DNA of 64,000 nucleotides from Chlamydiia bacterium (GTDB lineage Bacteria; Chlamydiota; Chlamydiia; Chlamydiales; 2-12-FULL-49-11): NCBI GenBank assembly GCA_044359535.1, contig JBIKLZ010000002.1, positions 37,118 to 101,117 of the forward strand, read 5' to 3'. Shown piece by piece: positions 1 to 8,124 of this stretch (position 1 is its first letter; each line of letters starts with the position of its first letter). The notes under the pieces were generated by a model. It saw only the letters and a program-made list of their open reading frames with translations, ran no database searches and was not told where the DNA came from. The position numbers and the translations under genes were made by a program.

Positions 1-1
1 A

Positions 2-349
2 ATGAGAAAAGTCCCTGGGGTTTTAGTGGTTGTCGATCCCATTACTGAGCATTTAGCTGTAGCTGAGGCAAAAAAATTGGGAATCCCAATTCTTGCTATT
101 GTCGATACAAACGGAGACCCAGATTCTGTAGATTATGTTATTCCTGCCAATGACGATGCTTTAAAAAGCAATAAAGTCATTCTTAAAGCGTTGCAAGAGG
201 CTATTGTTCAAGCTAAGGAGGAAAATGGTCTTCCTTTGAAAGGGGGAGAGGATGAAGAGAAACATTTTGTTTCTAAGAAATCTCACCATAGAGAGGACAT
301 TTCAAAATCTGCAAAAACTGCGGCAATATTAGAAGAAAAGGGAGTGTAA
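2..349 (+). CDS. rpsB: 30S ribosomal protein S2, C-terminal part (5' end outside window)
   Basis: ORF is open to the window edge. VLVVVDPITEHLAVAEAKKLGIPILAIVDTNGDPDSVDYVIPANDDA is the conserved S2 core. tsf follows 3 nt downstream. Confidence 0.95.
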   Translation: MRKVPGVLVVVDPITEHLAVAEAKKLGIPILAIVDTNGDPDSVDYVIPANDDALKSNKVILKALQEAIVQAKEENGLPLKGGEDEEKHFVSKKSHHREDISKSAKTAAILEEKGV

Positions 350-352
350 ACA

Positions 353-1204
353 ATGGCTATAGTCACAGCAGAAATGATTAAAAATATTAGAGAGAGAACC
401 GGTGTCGGTTTGATCAAATGTAAAAATGCCCTTGAAGAAAGTGGCGGGGATGTTGAGCTTGCTATTTCAATTTTAAGAAAGGCAGGGATTGCATCAGCGG
501 TAAAAAAAGAGTCTAGAGAAGCTAAAGAAGGGGCTATTGATTTTTCAGAGACAGCCCATGCAATTGGCTTTGTACAGATGAATGCTGAAACAGACTTTGT
601 GGTAAATAATGAAAAATTTAGAAGCTTTTTACATGATTTAGCTAAAGAAATGGCAGCAGGGGGGGCATCCAATGTCCATGAGCTTGTTGAAAAAGTCTAT
701 TCTAAAGATGGCGATAAGACAATTGATGAGAAGAGAAAAGAGTTAGTCTCTGTCCTTGGAGAAAATATTGTCATCTCTAAAGCCTTTTCATTAAAAAAAC
801 ATAGCAATGTTTCCTATGGAATCTACTCTCACATGAATGGAAAGATTTTTTGTTTAGTAGAAATTGAGGGAAGCGCTTCTCAAACCGATTTAGCTAAAGA
901 AATTGCGATGCATGTAGCTGCTGAAGCTCCAGACTATTTATCTCACGATCAAGTCCCTGCAGATATCAAAGCGGCAGAAGAAGAGATTGCAAAATCTTTA
1001 GTTCCTAAAGGAAAACCTGCTGAAATTGTTGAGAAAATTGTAAGTGGCAAAATGCAAGCGTTTTATAATGATGTCTGCTTAGTCAATCAGAAGTATATTA
1101 AAGATCCTTCAATGTCAGTAGAAGATCTTGTAAAAGCAAAAGGTAAAGAGAAGGGAGAACATCTCAAGCTCAAAGGGTTCTACAGACTTCAAATCGGTAT
1201 GTAG
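353..1204 (+). CDS. tsf: Elongation factor Ts
   Basis: N-terminal UBA-like motif AEMIKNIRERTGVGLIKCKNALEESGGDVELAISILRKAG. The rpsB-tsf-pyrH-frr order is conserved. Confidence 0.95.
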   Translation: MAIVTAEMIKNIRERTGVGLIKCKNALEESGGDVELAISILRKAGIASAVKKESREAKEGAIDFSETAHAIGFVQMNAETDFVVNNEKFRSFLHDLAKEMAAGGASNVHELVEKVYSKDGDKTIDEKRKELVSVLGENIVISKAFSLKKHSNVSYGIYSHMNGKIFCLVEIEGSASQTDLAKEIAMHVAAEAPDYLSHDQVPADIKAAEEEIAKSLVPKGKPAEIVEKIVSGKMQAFYNDVCLVNQKYIKDPSMSVEDLVKAKGKEKGEHLKLKGFYRLQIGM

Positions 1205-1264
1205 AAATTTTTTTCAGCGTCATTTCTTTGGCGCTGAAAGCATTTAGTATAGGGTGGGTTGAAT

Positions 1265-1987
1265 ATGTCAAAAAAAGTGTCCTATAACAGAGTTATTTTA
1301 AAATTATCTGGTGAAGTCTTAGCCGGTAAATACCCCTATGGAATCGATTATGCTGTTGCAGAAACGATTGCCGATACAATCATTGCCATTCAGGATTTGG
1401 GTGTTGAAGTCGGAATTGTTATTGGCGGTGGAAACATTTTTCGCGGCTCGACAGCAAAAAATCTAGGTTTTGAAAGGACCCCTGCCGATACAATCGGCAT
1501 TTTAGCAACGTGTATCAATGGACTTGCGCTTCATCAAGTCCTTCTTTCAAAGAAAAGGAAGGCCCGAGTGATGAGTTCGAGAAATTTTGATGGGATCATT
1601 GAGCCCTTCAATTGGATGCAGGCAAATTTATACATGTTGGATAAGGTGGCTTTAATTTTTGTTGGGGGAACTGGAAACCCTTATTTTACTACCGATTCAG
1701 CTGCCGCTCTCCGTGCTTGTGAGGTGGGTGCAGATGTCTTAATCAAAGCGACAAAATTTGGCGGGGTTTTTGATAAAGATCCAGCCCTTCATCAAGATGC
1801 CACTGTTTTAAAAAATCTTACCTTTTCAAAGGCTTTAGAAATGCATTTAAATTTTATGGACGCAAGTGCTATCGCTCTATGTAGGGACAATTTGATTCCA
1901 ATTCAAGTTTGTGATATTTTTGATAAAAACACTCTGCTGGAAATCATCAAAACCGGTCAAGGTGGCTCATTAATAACCAAAGGATAG
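1265..1987 (+). CDS. pyrH: UMP kinase
   Basis: YNRVILKLSGEVLAG...GIVIGGGNIFRG is typical of PyrH. The ATG at 1265 follows the G-rich GGGTGGG; the track ORF starts at a TTG at 1259. Confidence 0.93.
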   Translation: MSKKVSYNRVILKLSGEVLAGKYPYGIDYAVAETIADTIIAIQDLGVEVGIVIGGGNIFRGSTAKNLGFERTPADTIGILATCINGLALHQVLLSKKRKARVMSSRNFDGIIEPFNWMQANLYMLDKVALIFVGGTGNPYFTTDSAAALRACEVGADVLIKATKFGGVFDKDPALHQDATVLKNLTFSKALEMHLNFMDASAIALCRDNLIPIQVCDIFDKNTLLEIIKTGQGGSLITKG

Positions 1988-1990
1988 AAA

Positions 1991-2539
1991 ATGAATATAG
2001 ATAAAGAAACTGAGCAGTTAATGAAAAAGGCTGTTGAGCATCTTTCTGATGATTATAAAACACTTCGTACAAATAGGGTAAATGGCTCTCTTTTAGATTC
2101 ATTAAAGGTTTCTGTCTATGGATCAGATGTCTTATTAAAAACGGTGGCTACAGTCCTTGTCCAAGAAAGAAACTTAATAATTACCCCTTTTGATCCAAGT
2201 ATCACTGGAGAGATTGTCAAGGCTATTAATACCTCTCAGCTCAACCTAAATGCCATCAATGATGGTAAATCTGTAAGGGTTCCTGTTCCCCCACTTAACG
2301 AAGAACTTAGAAAAGATATTGCTCGCCAAGCAAAACAAAAGCTTGAACAAGCTAAAATTGCTGTCAGAGAAATCAGAAGAAAAGCTAAAGATCATGCTAA
2401 AAAGAAAAAAACAGATGGGGAAATCACTGAAGATGATATTAAAAGTCTTGATAAAAAGCTTCAGACCCTCACAGATGATATGTGTGCAAAATTAGATCAG
2501 ATGTTTTCTGCTAAAGAAAAAGAAATCATGACAATTTAA
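1991..2539 (+). CDS. frr: Ribosome recycling factor
   Basis: 182 aa. LRTNRVNGSLLDSLKVSVYGS...LIITPFDPS...RVPVPPLNEELRKD are RRF hallmarks. Confidence 0.95.
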   Translation: MNIDKETEQLMKKAVEHLSDDYKTLRTNRVNGSLLDSLKVSVYGSDVLLKTVATVLVQERNLIITPFDPSITGEIVKAINTSQLNLNAINDGKSVRVPVPPLNEELRKDIARQAKQKLEQAKIAVREIRRKAKDHAKKKKTDGEITEDDIKSLDKKLQTLTDDMCAKLDQMFSAKEKEIMTI

Positions 2540-2575
2540 TAGAAGGGGTTTTAGCAAAATTTTCTGAAAAAGATA

Positions 2576-2604
2576 TTGTGGTAAATGAGCTGATTTACTA
2601 TAAT
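2576..2604 (+). promoter_or_regulatory. Predicted sigma-70-type promoter for the tRNA-Glu/tRNA-Lys pair
   Basis: -35 TTGTGG (2576-2581), 17-nt spacer, perfect -10 TATAAT (2599-2604). It lies 14 nt upstream of the tRNA 5' end. Confidence 0.5.
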
Positions 2605-2617
2605 TATTCGCAAATCT

Positions 2618-2692
2618 GGCCCCATCGTCTAGCCCGGCCTAGGACACCAGGTTTTCATCCTGGCAACAGGGGTTCGAATCCCCTTGGGGTCA
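2618..2692 (+). tRNA. tRNA-Glu (anticodon UUC)
   Basis: Hand-folded cloverleaf: acceptor GGCCCCA/TGGGGTC, D stem GTCT/GGAC, anticodon stem CCAGG/CCTGG with loop TTTTCAT, T arm AGGGG-TTCGAAT-CCCCT. No encoded CCA. Confidence 0.93.
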
Positions 2693-2695
2693 AAT

Positions 2696-2769
2696 GGGGC
2701 TTTAGCTCAGTTGGTTAGAGCATCTCCCTTTTAAGGAGAGGGTCGTAAGTTCGAGTCTTACAAGCCTCA
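2696..2769 (+). tRNA. tRNA-Lys (anticodon UUU)
   Basis: Cloverleaf: acceptor GGGGCTT/AAGCCTC, D arm GCTC-AGTTGGTTA-GAGC, anticodon stem TCTCC/GGAGA with loop CTTTTAA, T arm GTAAG-TTCGAGT-CTTAC. Confidence 0.93.
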
Positions 2770-2785
2770 TTAAGCCAGATTAAAA

Positions 2786-2817
2786 AACTCGTAGTGAAAA
2801 CTACGGGTTTTTTTTAT
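2786..2817. terminator. Bidirectional rho-independent terminator
   Basis: Stem ACTCGTAG / CTACGGGT around loop TGAAA. It is flanked by A6 upstream and T8 downstream, so both strands read hairpin plus U-tract. It closes the tRNA unit (+) and the small ORF (-). Confidence 0.7.
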
Positions 2818-2965
2818 CCCCAAATTCTTTTTCCAGGCAGTAGTCGATGGCTTTAAGAATAAGCCGTTCCATTTCTTTAGTTGTTGTGACCTCATGAAGA
2901 ATATTCTCTTCAAAAATCGCAGCCACCTTTACTAAAAAATCTTCTTCAGTGCTTTTTTTTTCCAT
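2801..2965 (-). CDS. Small hypothetical protein (54 aa), below the ORF-track cutoff
   Basis: Hand translation: MEKKSTEEDFLVKVAAIFEENILHEVTTTKEMERLILKAIDYCLEKEFGDKKNP. AAAGGAG lies 8 nt upstream of the ATG. The stop TAG sits inside the terminator stem. Confidence 0.45.
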   Translation of the reverse strand: MEKKSTEEDFLVKVAAIFEENILHEVTTTKEMERLILKAIDYCLEKEFGDKKNP

Positions 2966-3042
2966 GCAACACACTCCTTTAAAGGTACTGTCATTATAGC
3001 ATCTTTAGGCAAAATGTTCTCATCTACTTAAGGGTGAATCAA

Positions 3043-4296
3043 TCAATTAGTTTTAAAAACAGCGAGCTGTTCTTTAATAAGGGAAAGTAAGCAGAGGGCT
3101 GTAAAAAATCCTAATGGAAAGATCAAAAAGGCGATGTTAAACCCTTCTGTGGAAAAAGAGGTCACCCCATCTATTGTTAAAGAAAACCTATCCATAATTG
3201 TCCCTACAAGGGGGCCAAAAAACATCGGAAGTCCCATTATAATGACAGCTCCAACACTTGTAGATGTTCCCATTAACTCTTTGTCTGCATGAGCTGTAAT
3301 AAGTGGGTATCCAAGAACTTGCGAGCTTGTGAAAACCCCTAATAGAAGAAATAAAGTGATAAGAGAGAAAAGATTCATAGACTCTGTATACAAAATGACT
3401 AAAAAGATAAGGGTTGAAAAAAGGCTCCCGATAGCCATCCATTGTTTTTTACTTGAAATATTTCCAAGATACCCAAAAAGAGGGGAGCCCAAAATTGTCC
3501 CCACACAAATCATTGAAATAACAAATGAACTTTGGGTAAGAGAAATGTGATGAACTTGGGTTAAAAATAAAGAACCATAGACAGCGCCAATAATCATTAA
3601 GGGCATATTCATAAGAGAGATATAAAGGCCACAAGCAATATTTTGTTGGTTTAAAAAACTCTTTTTTAATCCTTGAAGAAGGGGAATAGAGGGAGATGAA
3701 TCGCTATTTACAGCCTGATTGTCATGGACAAAGAGGGCAACAAGAAAAAGGACGAAAATACCAATAAAGCCATCAACAAATAGGGCACTTCTCCATGATA
3801 ACGCTTGAGCAAGGGCAGAAAATGGGGATTGAGCGATAAAGCCTCCAAACATACCAATAGTAATTACACACCCAACGATTAAAGACTGCTTTGAAGGGCT
3901 AAACCAACGTGCAATAAGGATAATGCAACTTAAAAAACAAAAGGCATTTCCAATTCCAGAGATAAAATGGGCAAAGCACGCACATCCAAAATTTGGGGCT
4001 ACTGCAAAGCCAAAAGTGCCAAGAATACAAAGGATCATTGCCACAAGGATCACTTTTCTTGTCGATACCTTATCAAGGATGATCCCTGCAGGGATTAAAA
4101 AAAAGACATCGGCTAAAAGATAGGTAGAACCTAAAAGACCTACTTGCGCAGCATTTAAATTTAAGTCATCCATCAACATGGGAGCGATCGCATTTAACAT
4201 GTGAAGCTGCATAAGTTCATAGGCAAAAAATAGGGCTGCAGTAAAGCATACAATGTACGGGGCCAGTTTAGGAAATGTTTTTATAATTGCGTTCAT
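3043..4296 (-). CDS. MFS-family transporter (substrate unknown)
   Basis: 417 aa with about 12 hydrophobic segments. MFS loop 2-3 motif GIILDKVSTRKV. Confidence 0.75.
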   Translation of the reverse strand: MNAIIKTFPKLAPYIVCFTAALFFAYELMQLHMLNAIAPMLMDDLNLNAAQVGLLGSTYLLADVFFLIPAGIILDKVSTRKVILVAMILCILGTFGFAVAPNFGCACFAHFISGIGNAFCFLSCIILIARWFSPSKQSLIVGCVITIGMFGGFIAQSPFSALAQALSWRSALFVDGFIGIFVLFLVALFVHDNQAVNSDSSPSIPLLQGLKKSFLNQQNIACGLYISLMNMPLMIIGAVYGSLFLTQVHHISLTQSSFVISMICVGTILGSPLFGYLGNISSKKQWMAIGSLFSTLIFLVILYTESMNLFSLITLFLLLGVFTSSQVLGYPLITAHADKELMGTSTSVGAVIIMGLPMFFGPLVGTIMDRFSLTIDGVTSFSTEGFNIAFLIFPLGFFTALCLLSLIKEQLAVFKTN

Positions 4297-4306
4297 CGAT
4301 CTCTCC

Positions 4307-4918
4307 TTAATGTTGTTCTACCATCTCACCCCTTCTCATTAAAGGGATGCTTTCTTTAAAGCATTTCATACATTTTGATATATAAGACTCATTACCCCCA
4401 ATTTGAACTTGGTTCCCTTCAGTAATCGCTTCTCCTTGTGCATTTGTCCTTAAATTCATGGTGGCCTTTTTCCCACAGCTGCAAATGGTTTTAATTTCAA
4501 TCAGCTCTTCAGCATACCCTAAAAGATATTTACTTCCTTCAAATAACTCCCCAAGAAAATCTGTCCTTAGACCATAACAAAGAACCGGGATATTTAGTTC
4601 TGTAGCAATATCTGTTAATTCTATCACTTGGGACTTTGTTAAAAATTGACATTCATCAATGAGTATACAGCGCAAAGCATCAAGCTGTTTCTTTTTCTCT
4701 TCAACAAAAGGGAAAAATTGAAATTCTTTATCAAAAGAAACCGCCTCTTTAACAAGGCCCAATCTTGAATAAATCACTGAAGCCCCCCCCCTATCATCGA
4801 TCTTTGCCGTAAATAATAGGGTTTGCATTCCCCTTTCTAAATAATTGTAACTGGATTGAAGAAGGGTTGTGCTTTTCCCAGCATTCATAGCAGAGTAGTA
4901 AAAGTATAATTTTGCCAT
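4307..4918 (-). CDS. tdk: Thymidine kinase
   Basis: [26 protein letters not shown]...LIDECQFLT...[10 protein letters not shown]...[16 protein letters not shown] is near-collinear with enterobacterial Tdk. Start set at the MAKLYF ATG (TAGGAA upstream); the track ORF extends to 4972. Confidence 0.9.
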   Translation of the reverse strand: MAKLYFYYSAMNAGKSTTLLQSSYNYLERGMQTLLFTAKIDDRGGASVIYSRLGLVKEAVSFDKEFQFFPFVEEKKKQLDALRCILIDECQFLTKSQVIELTDIATELNIPVLCYGLRTDFLGELFEGSKYLLGYAEELIEIKTICSCGKKATMNLRTNAQGEAITEGNQVQIGGNESYISKCMKCFKESIPLMRRGEMVEQH

Positions 4919-4962
4919 TTTTTTCCTAAAGATAAACAACGATATCATAAAGAAAAGGAAGG

Positions 4963-5616
4963 TCATTTGCAAGGAAAAGAGAAAAAATGGGTAGCTACTT
5001 CAAGATCATAAGGGGTGGTGATTTTTAGATTCTTTTCACTTCCAAAGACATAATCCACGGGAAACCCTAACTCTAAAAGAAGGGAGCAATCGTCAGTTGC
5101 CTCTTTTGTATTTATTTCATGTCCCTTTTGTAGAAGAGGTATTGAAAAGCTTTGTGGCGTTTGACCACGAAAAAATTGCTTTCTATCTGGAATGTCCTTG
5201 ATCAACCCATCTTTATGAATATTAATGGTGTCGGTACAAGGGATACAGGTATTTACAGCCACAGATCCTAAAGAAAGTTTTTTAATATGGTCTTGTAAAA
5301 GTTGCAGAGTTAAAAAAGGGCGAACCCCTTCACAAATGATCACAAAATCTCCCTTGAGATTAAAAAGACCAAGACGTACTGAATCTTGACGACAGTTTCC
5401 CCCCTCAACAAACACACAGGATGGATGAGGGTCAAAATAGGGGAGATGTTTTTTTTGACCCACAATCCGTATTTCAGAAAACAATTGTGATTCAATTAGG
5501 GTATCTAGTGGATGCCTATAGAGTTTTTTTTCACCAAGGAAGTGAAACTGTTTTGGAAGGGAAGAACCAAAACGGCTTCCATCGCCCGCACAAAGTAAAA
5601 TAGCAGCTATTTTCAT
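4963..5616 (-). CDS. ispD: 2-C-methyl-D-erythritol 4-phosphate cytidylyltransferase
   Basis: [24 protein letters not shown] is the IspD N-terminal signature; 217 aa. Confidence 0.85.
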   Translation of the reverse strand: MKIAAILLCAGDGSRFGSSLPKQFHFLGEKKLYRHPLDTLIESQLFSEIRIVGQKKHLPYFDPHPSCVFVEGGNCRQDSVRLGLFNLKGDFVIICEGVRPFLTLQLLQDHIKKLSLGSVAVNTCIPCTDTINIHKDGLIKDIPDRKQFFRGQTPQSFSIPLLQKGHEINTKEATDDCSLLLELGFPVDYVFGSEKNLKITTPYDLEVATHFFSFPCK

Positions 5617-5629
5617 AGAATAAAAGATA

Positions 5630-6676
5630 TCAGATCAAAAGCTTTAAATCTTCAGATTTTTCCTTAAAAAGGGCTGCTCTTTTTTCCTCAATAGAAAAAC
5701 TGTGATGTGGAGAGAACGCTTCTAAGTGGGCCCTTCTAACGGGGAAAAAGAGATCAAAATAATAGGTGTTTGTTTTTGATTGGATCCACCCGAGGCAAAT
5801 AGCTAAATCAATTGAACTTGCAATATCAAGAGCCTCATGAAATTCAAGACTCTTGCAAAAAAGAATCTGTCCATAGTGTTTTGATACAGTGTTTAAAAGC
5901 TCCTTTGGGGGATTTTTTTTAAGGGCCTCATGTGCAGAAATTTCACTTTCAACTAGGGTTTTAGCAATGCTTTGAACATTTGAGCAAATATGCTTTTCGC
6001 TGACCCCTAAACAGTATTTATTTGTAGTGATGATTAAATTATGAAGGGCTTTTTTTTCTGCATTTAAGCCATGTATAAGGGTATGATCACTTTCTTCTAT
6101 GGTCTTATCTAATACATTGATTGCCGGCAGATGAAGGATCGCTTCTTTTGATAAGCCAGTTCCAAGTGTTGAAGACGATGAGGTTAAAAATCCAAATTTT
6201 TCAGAAAATGCAAAGGGGACCCTTTCTTCCATTTTTTCATTTAGGAAATGTAAAAAGGAGAGAATTTCTTCACTGCAATGTTTTTGATCATGAATAAAGA
6301 AGGTAAGGTGATCTTCTAAAAAGATAATGGCTACCACCTTGCTATTTGGATCTATAAAAATCCCCCCTTCAGGGTGCAAAACCTCTTGCTGTGATATAAA
6401 AAGGTGTTCAAAAAAAAGCTGAGAGCAGCCTTGCTCTAATTCACTGCTTTTAAAATACAGCCCCTCGGGAAAAAGTGAAAAAAGGAGATGTTTAAGTTTT
6501 TCTCCTACAAGTTTAGCATCATTTTTAGAAATTCTTTCTGAAAATGGAAATCCGGCAATATTTCTCCTTAAAACATACCTGTTTAAGGGGTAAATAGGGG
6601 ATGCACTATTGATCCACGGCGTAAATCTTTCTAGAACCTCTTTAAAAGAGAGAGGGAATGTATCAGGTGCGTGCAT
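5630..6676 (-). CDS. mcsB: Protein arginine kinase / ATP:guanido phosphotransferase (McsB-like)
   Basis: YVLRRNIAGFPF and SSTLGTGLSKEAILHLPAI match guanido-kinase motifs. Start set at MHAPDTF (6676), overlapping the mcsA stop by 14 nt. Confidence 0.85.
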   Translation of the reverse strand: MHAPDTFPLSFKEVLERFTPWINSASPIYPLNRYVLRRNIAGFPFSERISKNDAKLVGEKLKHLLFSLFPEGLYFKSSELEQGCSQLFFEHLFISQQEVLHPEGGIFIDPNSKVVAIIFLEDHLTFFIHDQKHCSEEILSFLHFLNEKMEERVPFAFSEKFGFLTSSSSTLGTGLSKEAILHLPAINVLDKTIEESDHTLIHGLNAEKKALHNLIITTNKYCLGVSEKHICSNVQSIAKTLVESEISAHEALKKNPPKELLNTVSKHYGQILFCKSLEFHEALDIASSIDLAICLGWIQSKTNTYYFDLFFPVRRAHLEAFSPHHSFSIEEKRAALFKEKSEDLKLLI

Positions 6677-7175
6677 TTGGATTCTCCAGATGAATTTTAA
6701 TTTGATCACGAATGTCTGCGGCCTCTTCAAAATGCTCAGATCGAATGGCTTCATTTAATGCCGTGTGCAACGTTTCAATCGTTTTGGAAAATTCTTGATG
6801 GGAGTTTGTTTTTGGAATAGTACCAAAGTGAAAGGGAGAATCTGCAGATAAGGCAAGTCTTGTTGGGATAATTCCTTGAGTTTGAATTTCTTCTGAAAGA
6901 GTATCTTTAAACGTTTCAGCGCAGCAATCACAACCTAGTGTTAAAGTGATCATGAACTCTTCATGGGTTGTTGCACATACGGGACATTTTAATGCTATGT
7001 GGTTAAAAATAGGGAGGTTTAGACCTTCATCAGTTGTTGACTCGTAGAGCTTATCTTTCAATAAAGGGCAACTTTTACACATTTTTGAGCAGCGTACTTT
7101 TCCCTCTTTCATCTCTTTATAATGAACCTCAGCTTTTCTTATGCACTTATTGCATTCCATAGGTTTATCACTCAT
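6663..7175 (-). CDS. mcsA: McsA-like activator (CxxC zinc-finger pairs plus UVR motif)
   Basis: CNKC...CKSC...CPVC...CDCC followed by LNEAIRSEHFEEAADIRDQI (UvrB/C motif). GGAGGG lies upstream of the MSDKPMEC start. Confidence 0.8.
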   Translation of the reverse strand: MSDKPMECNKCIRKAEVHYKEMKEGKVRCSKMCKSCPLLKDKLYESTTDEGLNLPIFNHIALKCPVCATTHEEFMITLTLGCDCCAETFKDTLSEEIQTQGIIPTRLALSADSPFHFGTIPKTNSHQEFSKTIETLHTALNEAIRSEHFEEAADIRDQIKIHLENPNART

Positions 7176-7296
7176 TGGCACCCTCCACATTTGCAGATAC
7201 TAATTATTAAGATGTTTTTTGCAAGAAAAACACTTTATATTTGCAATAATTAAAAAAATGTTAATTATTACGTTTAACAATAATAAAGGAATTTTT

Positions 7297-7713
7297 ATGA
7301 AAATAAAAGCAAAGAAGACGGTTTTTTATACTTTAGGATTAGGGGCTCTTTTTTTTGGGGCAACTCAACTTTATCCAAGTCAAAATGGAAATGTGCAAAA
7401 CAATACTGAAGTAGAAGAGCCTTCTATGTCAGGATCTTCCTCTCAGAAAAAGGATCCGTCTATGACCCATATTTCGAAAAGAAAACAGGCAATTCGTTCT
7501 TTAAGTCCAAAAAATAAGGCGGTATTTCATACACTAAGTCAAAAGGATCAGCAGGTAGTTGTCGATTCTTATGTCAATGGGGATGGGGCACAAAGTGGAT
7601 TGAATAAGGTTTTAAGTGAGGATGCAAACAAGTACAATTCAAAGGGTGAAATGATATCTCCTGCAGAAAATAAAGATTCACCTGCAAATAGATCGTTGAA
7701 ACGAAATATGTAG
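7297..7713 (+). CDS. Small secreted hypothetical protein (paralog of the next gene)
   Basis: Start at MKIKAKKTVFYTLGLGALFFG (signal-peptide-like, AAGGA upstream). It shares the motif LSPxxK...LSxxDQ..VVxxYxxG....xVL with 7720-8073. Confidence 0.6.
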   Translation: MKIKAKKTVFYTLGLGALFFGATQLYPSQNGNVQNNTEVEEPSMSGSSSQKKDPSMTHISKRKQAIRSLSPKNKAVFHTLSQKDQQVVVDSYVNGDGAQSGLNKVLSEDANKYNSKGEMISPAENKDSPANRSLKRNM

Positions 7714-7719
7714 AGGTCT

Positions 7720-8073
7720 ATGAAGCGTCTTTGCCTCCTTTGCCTATATTTTGGAGCCCTTGTTTTTGCTGAACCTTTTAAAAAAGAGGGGGATGGGACT
7801 TTTTTAGAAGGGTTGCCCCCTGACCAAAAGGCTATGGTTGAAAGGCTTAGCCCTTTATATCAAAAAATTTATATATATGCATTGAGTTTCGATCAAAAAG
7901 AGGCTATTGTCGTTTTTTACAGAAGGGGTGAAAATCCCTACACAGCTATTGATAATGTCTTAAAAAGAGATAGAAAGACACATGATTCAACACTTAAAAA
8001 ACAGCCCCCTGTAAGGGGAACCACTCAAAAGTCTTCATTAAAGAAAAGTTACTTTTTTTCTTTAAAAAATTAG
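7720..8073 (+). CDS. Small secreted hypothetical protein (paralog of the previous gene)
   Basis: Signal peptide MKRLCLLCLYFGALVFA. LSPLYQKIYIYALSFDQKEAIVVFYRRGENPYTAIDNVL aligns with LSPKNKAVFHTLSQKDQQVVVDSYVNGDGAQSGLNKVL. Confidence 0.6.
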   Translation: MKRLCLLCLYFGALVFAEPFKKEGDGTFLEGLPPDQKAMVERLSPLYQKIYIYALSFDQKEAIVVFYRRGENPYTAIDNVLKRDRKTHDSTLKKQPPVRGTTQKSSLKKSYFFSLKN

Positions 8074-8075
8074 GA

Positions 8076-8088
8076 AATGATAATCATT
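8076..8088. promoter_or_regulatory. Fur-box-like palindrome AATGATAATCATT
   Basis: 6-1-6 inverted repeat identical to the central 13 nt of the classical Fur-box consensus GATAATGATAATCATTATC. It abuts and overlaps the predicted -35. Confidence 0.3.
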
Positions 8089-8115
8089 GAATTTGATATG
8101 TAATGTATCTATAAT
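8087..8115 (+). promoter_or_regulatory. Predicted promoter of the RAP-like gene
   Basis: -35 TTGAAT (8087-8092), 17-nt spacer, -10 TATAAT (8110-8115). The ATG is at 8125, implying a very short leader. Confidence 0.4.
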
Positions 8116-8124
8116 ATAATTATT

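Noticed and set aside
283-672. 129-aa minus-strand ORF across the rpsB/tsf junction
   Set aside because: It is antisense to two unambiguous, highly conserved genes. It has no SD and a non-protein-like composition.
1212-1239. 8-bp hairpin TTTCAGCG/CGCTGAAA between tsf and pyrH
   Set aside because: It has a 12-nt loop and no following U-tract. It is more likely an mRNA-processing or stability element, or chance, than a terminator, so it is not listed as a feature.
3188-4123. Four short ORFs (3188-3442 -, 3329-3550 +, 3449-3634 -, 3923-4123 +) inside or antisense to the MFS transporter gene
   Set aside because: All are nested within the 417-aa MFS ORF, which has a coherent 12-TM pattern. Their translations are low-complexity with no motifs, as expected for shadow ORFs.
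7176-7194. Sigma-54-like element TGGCAC...TTGC upstream of the 7.2-kb genes
   Set aside because: TGGCAC (7176-7181) and TTGC (7191-7194) are separated by 9 nt instead of the required 5. The element also lies inside the mcsA start region.
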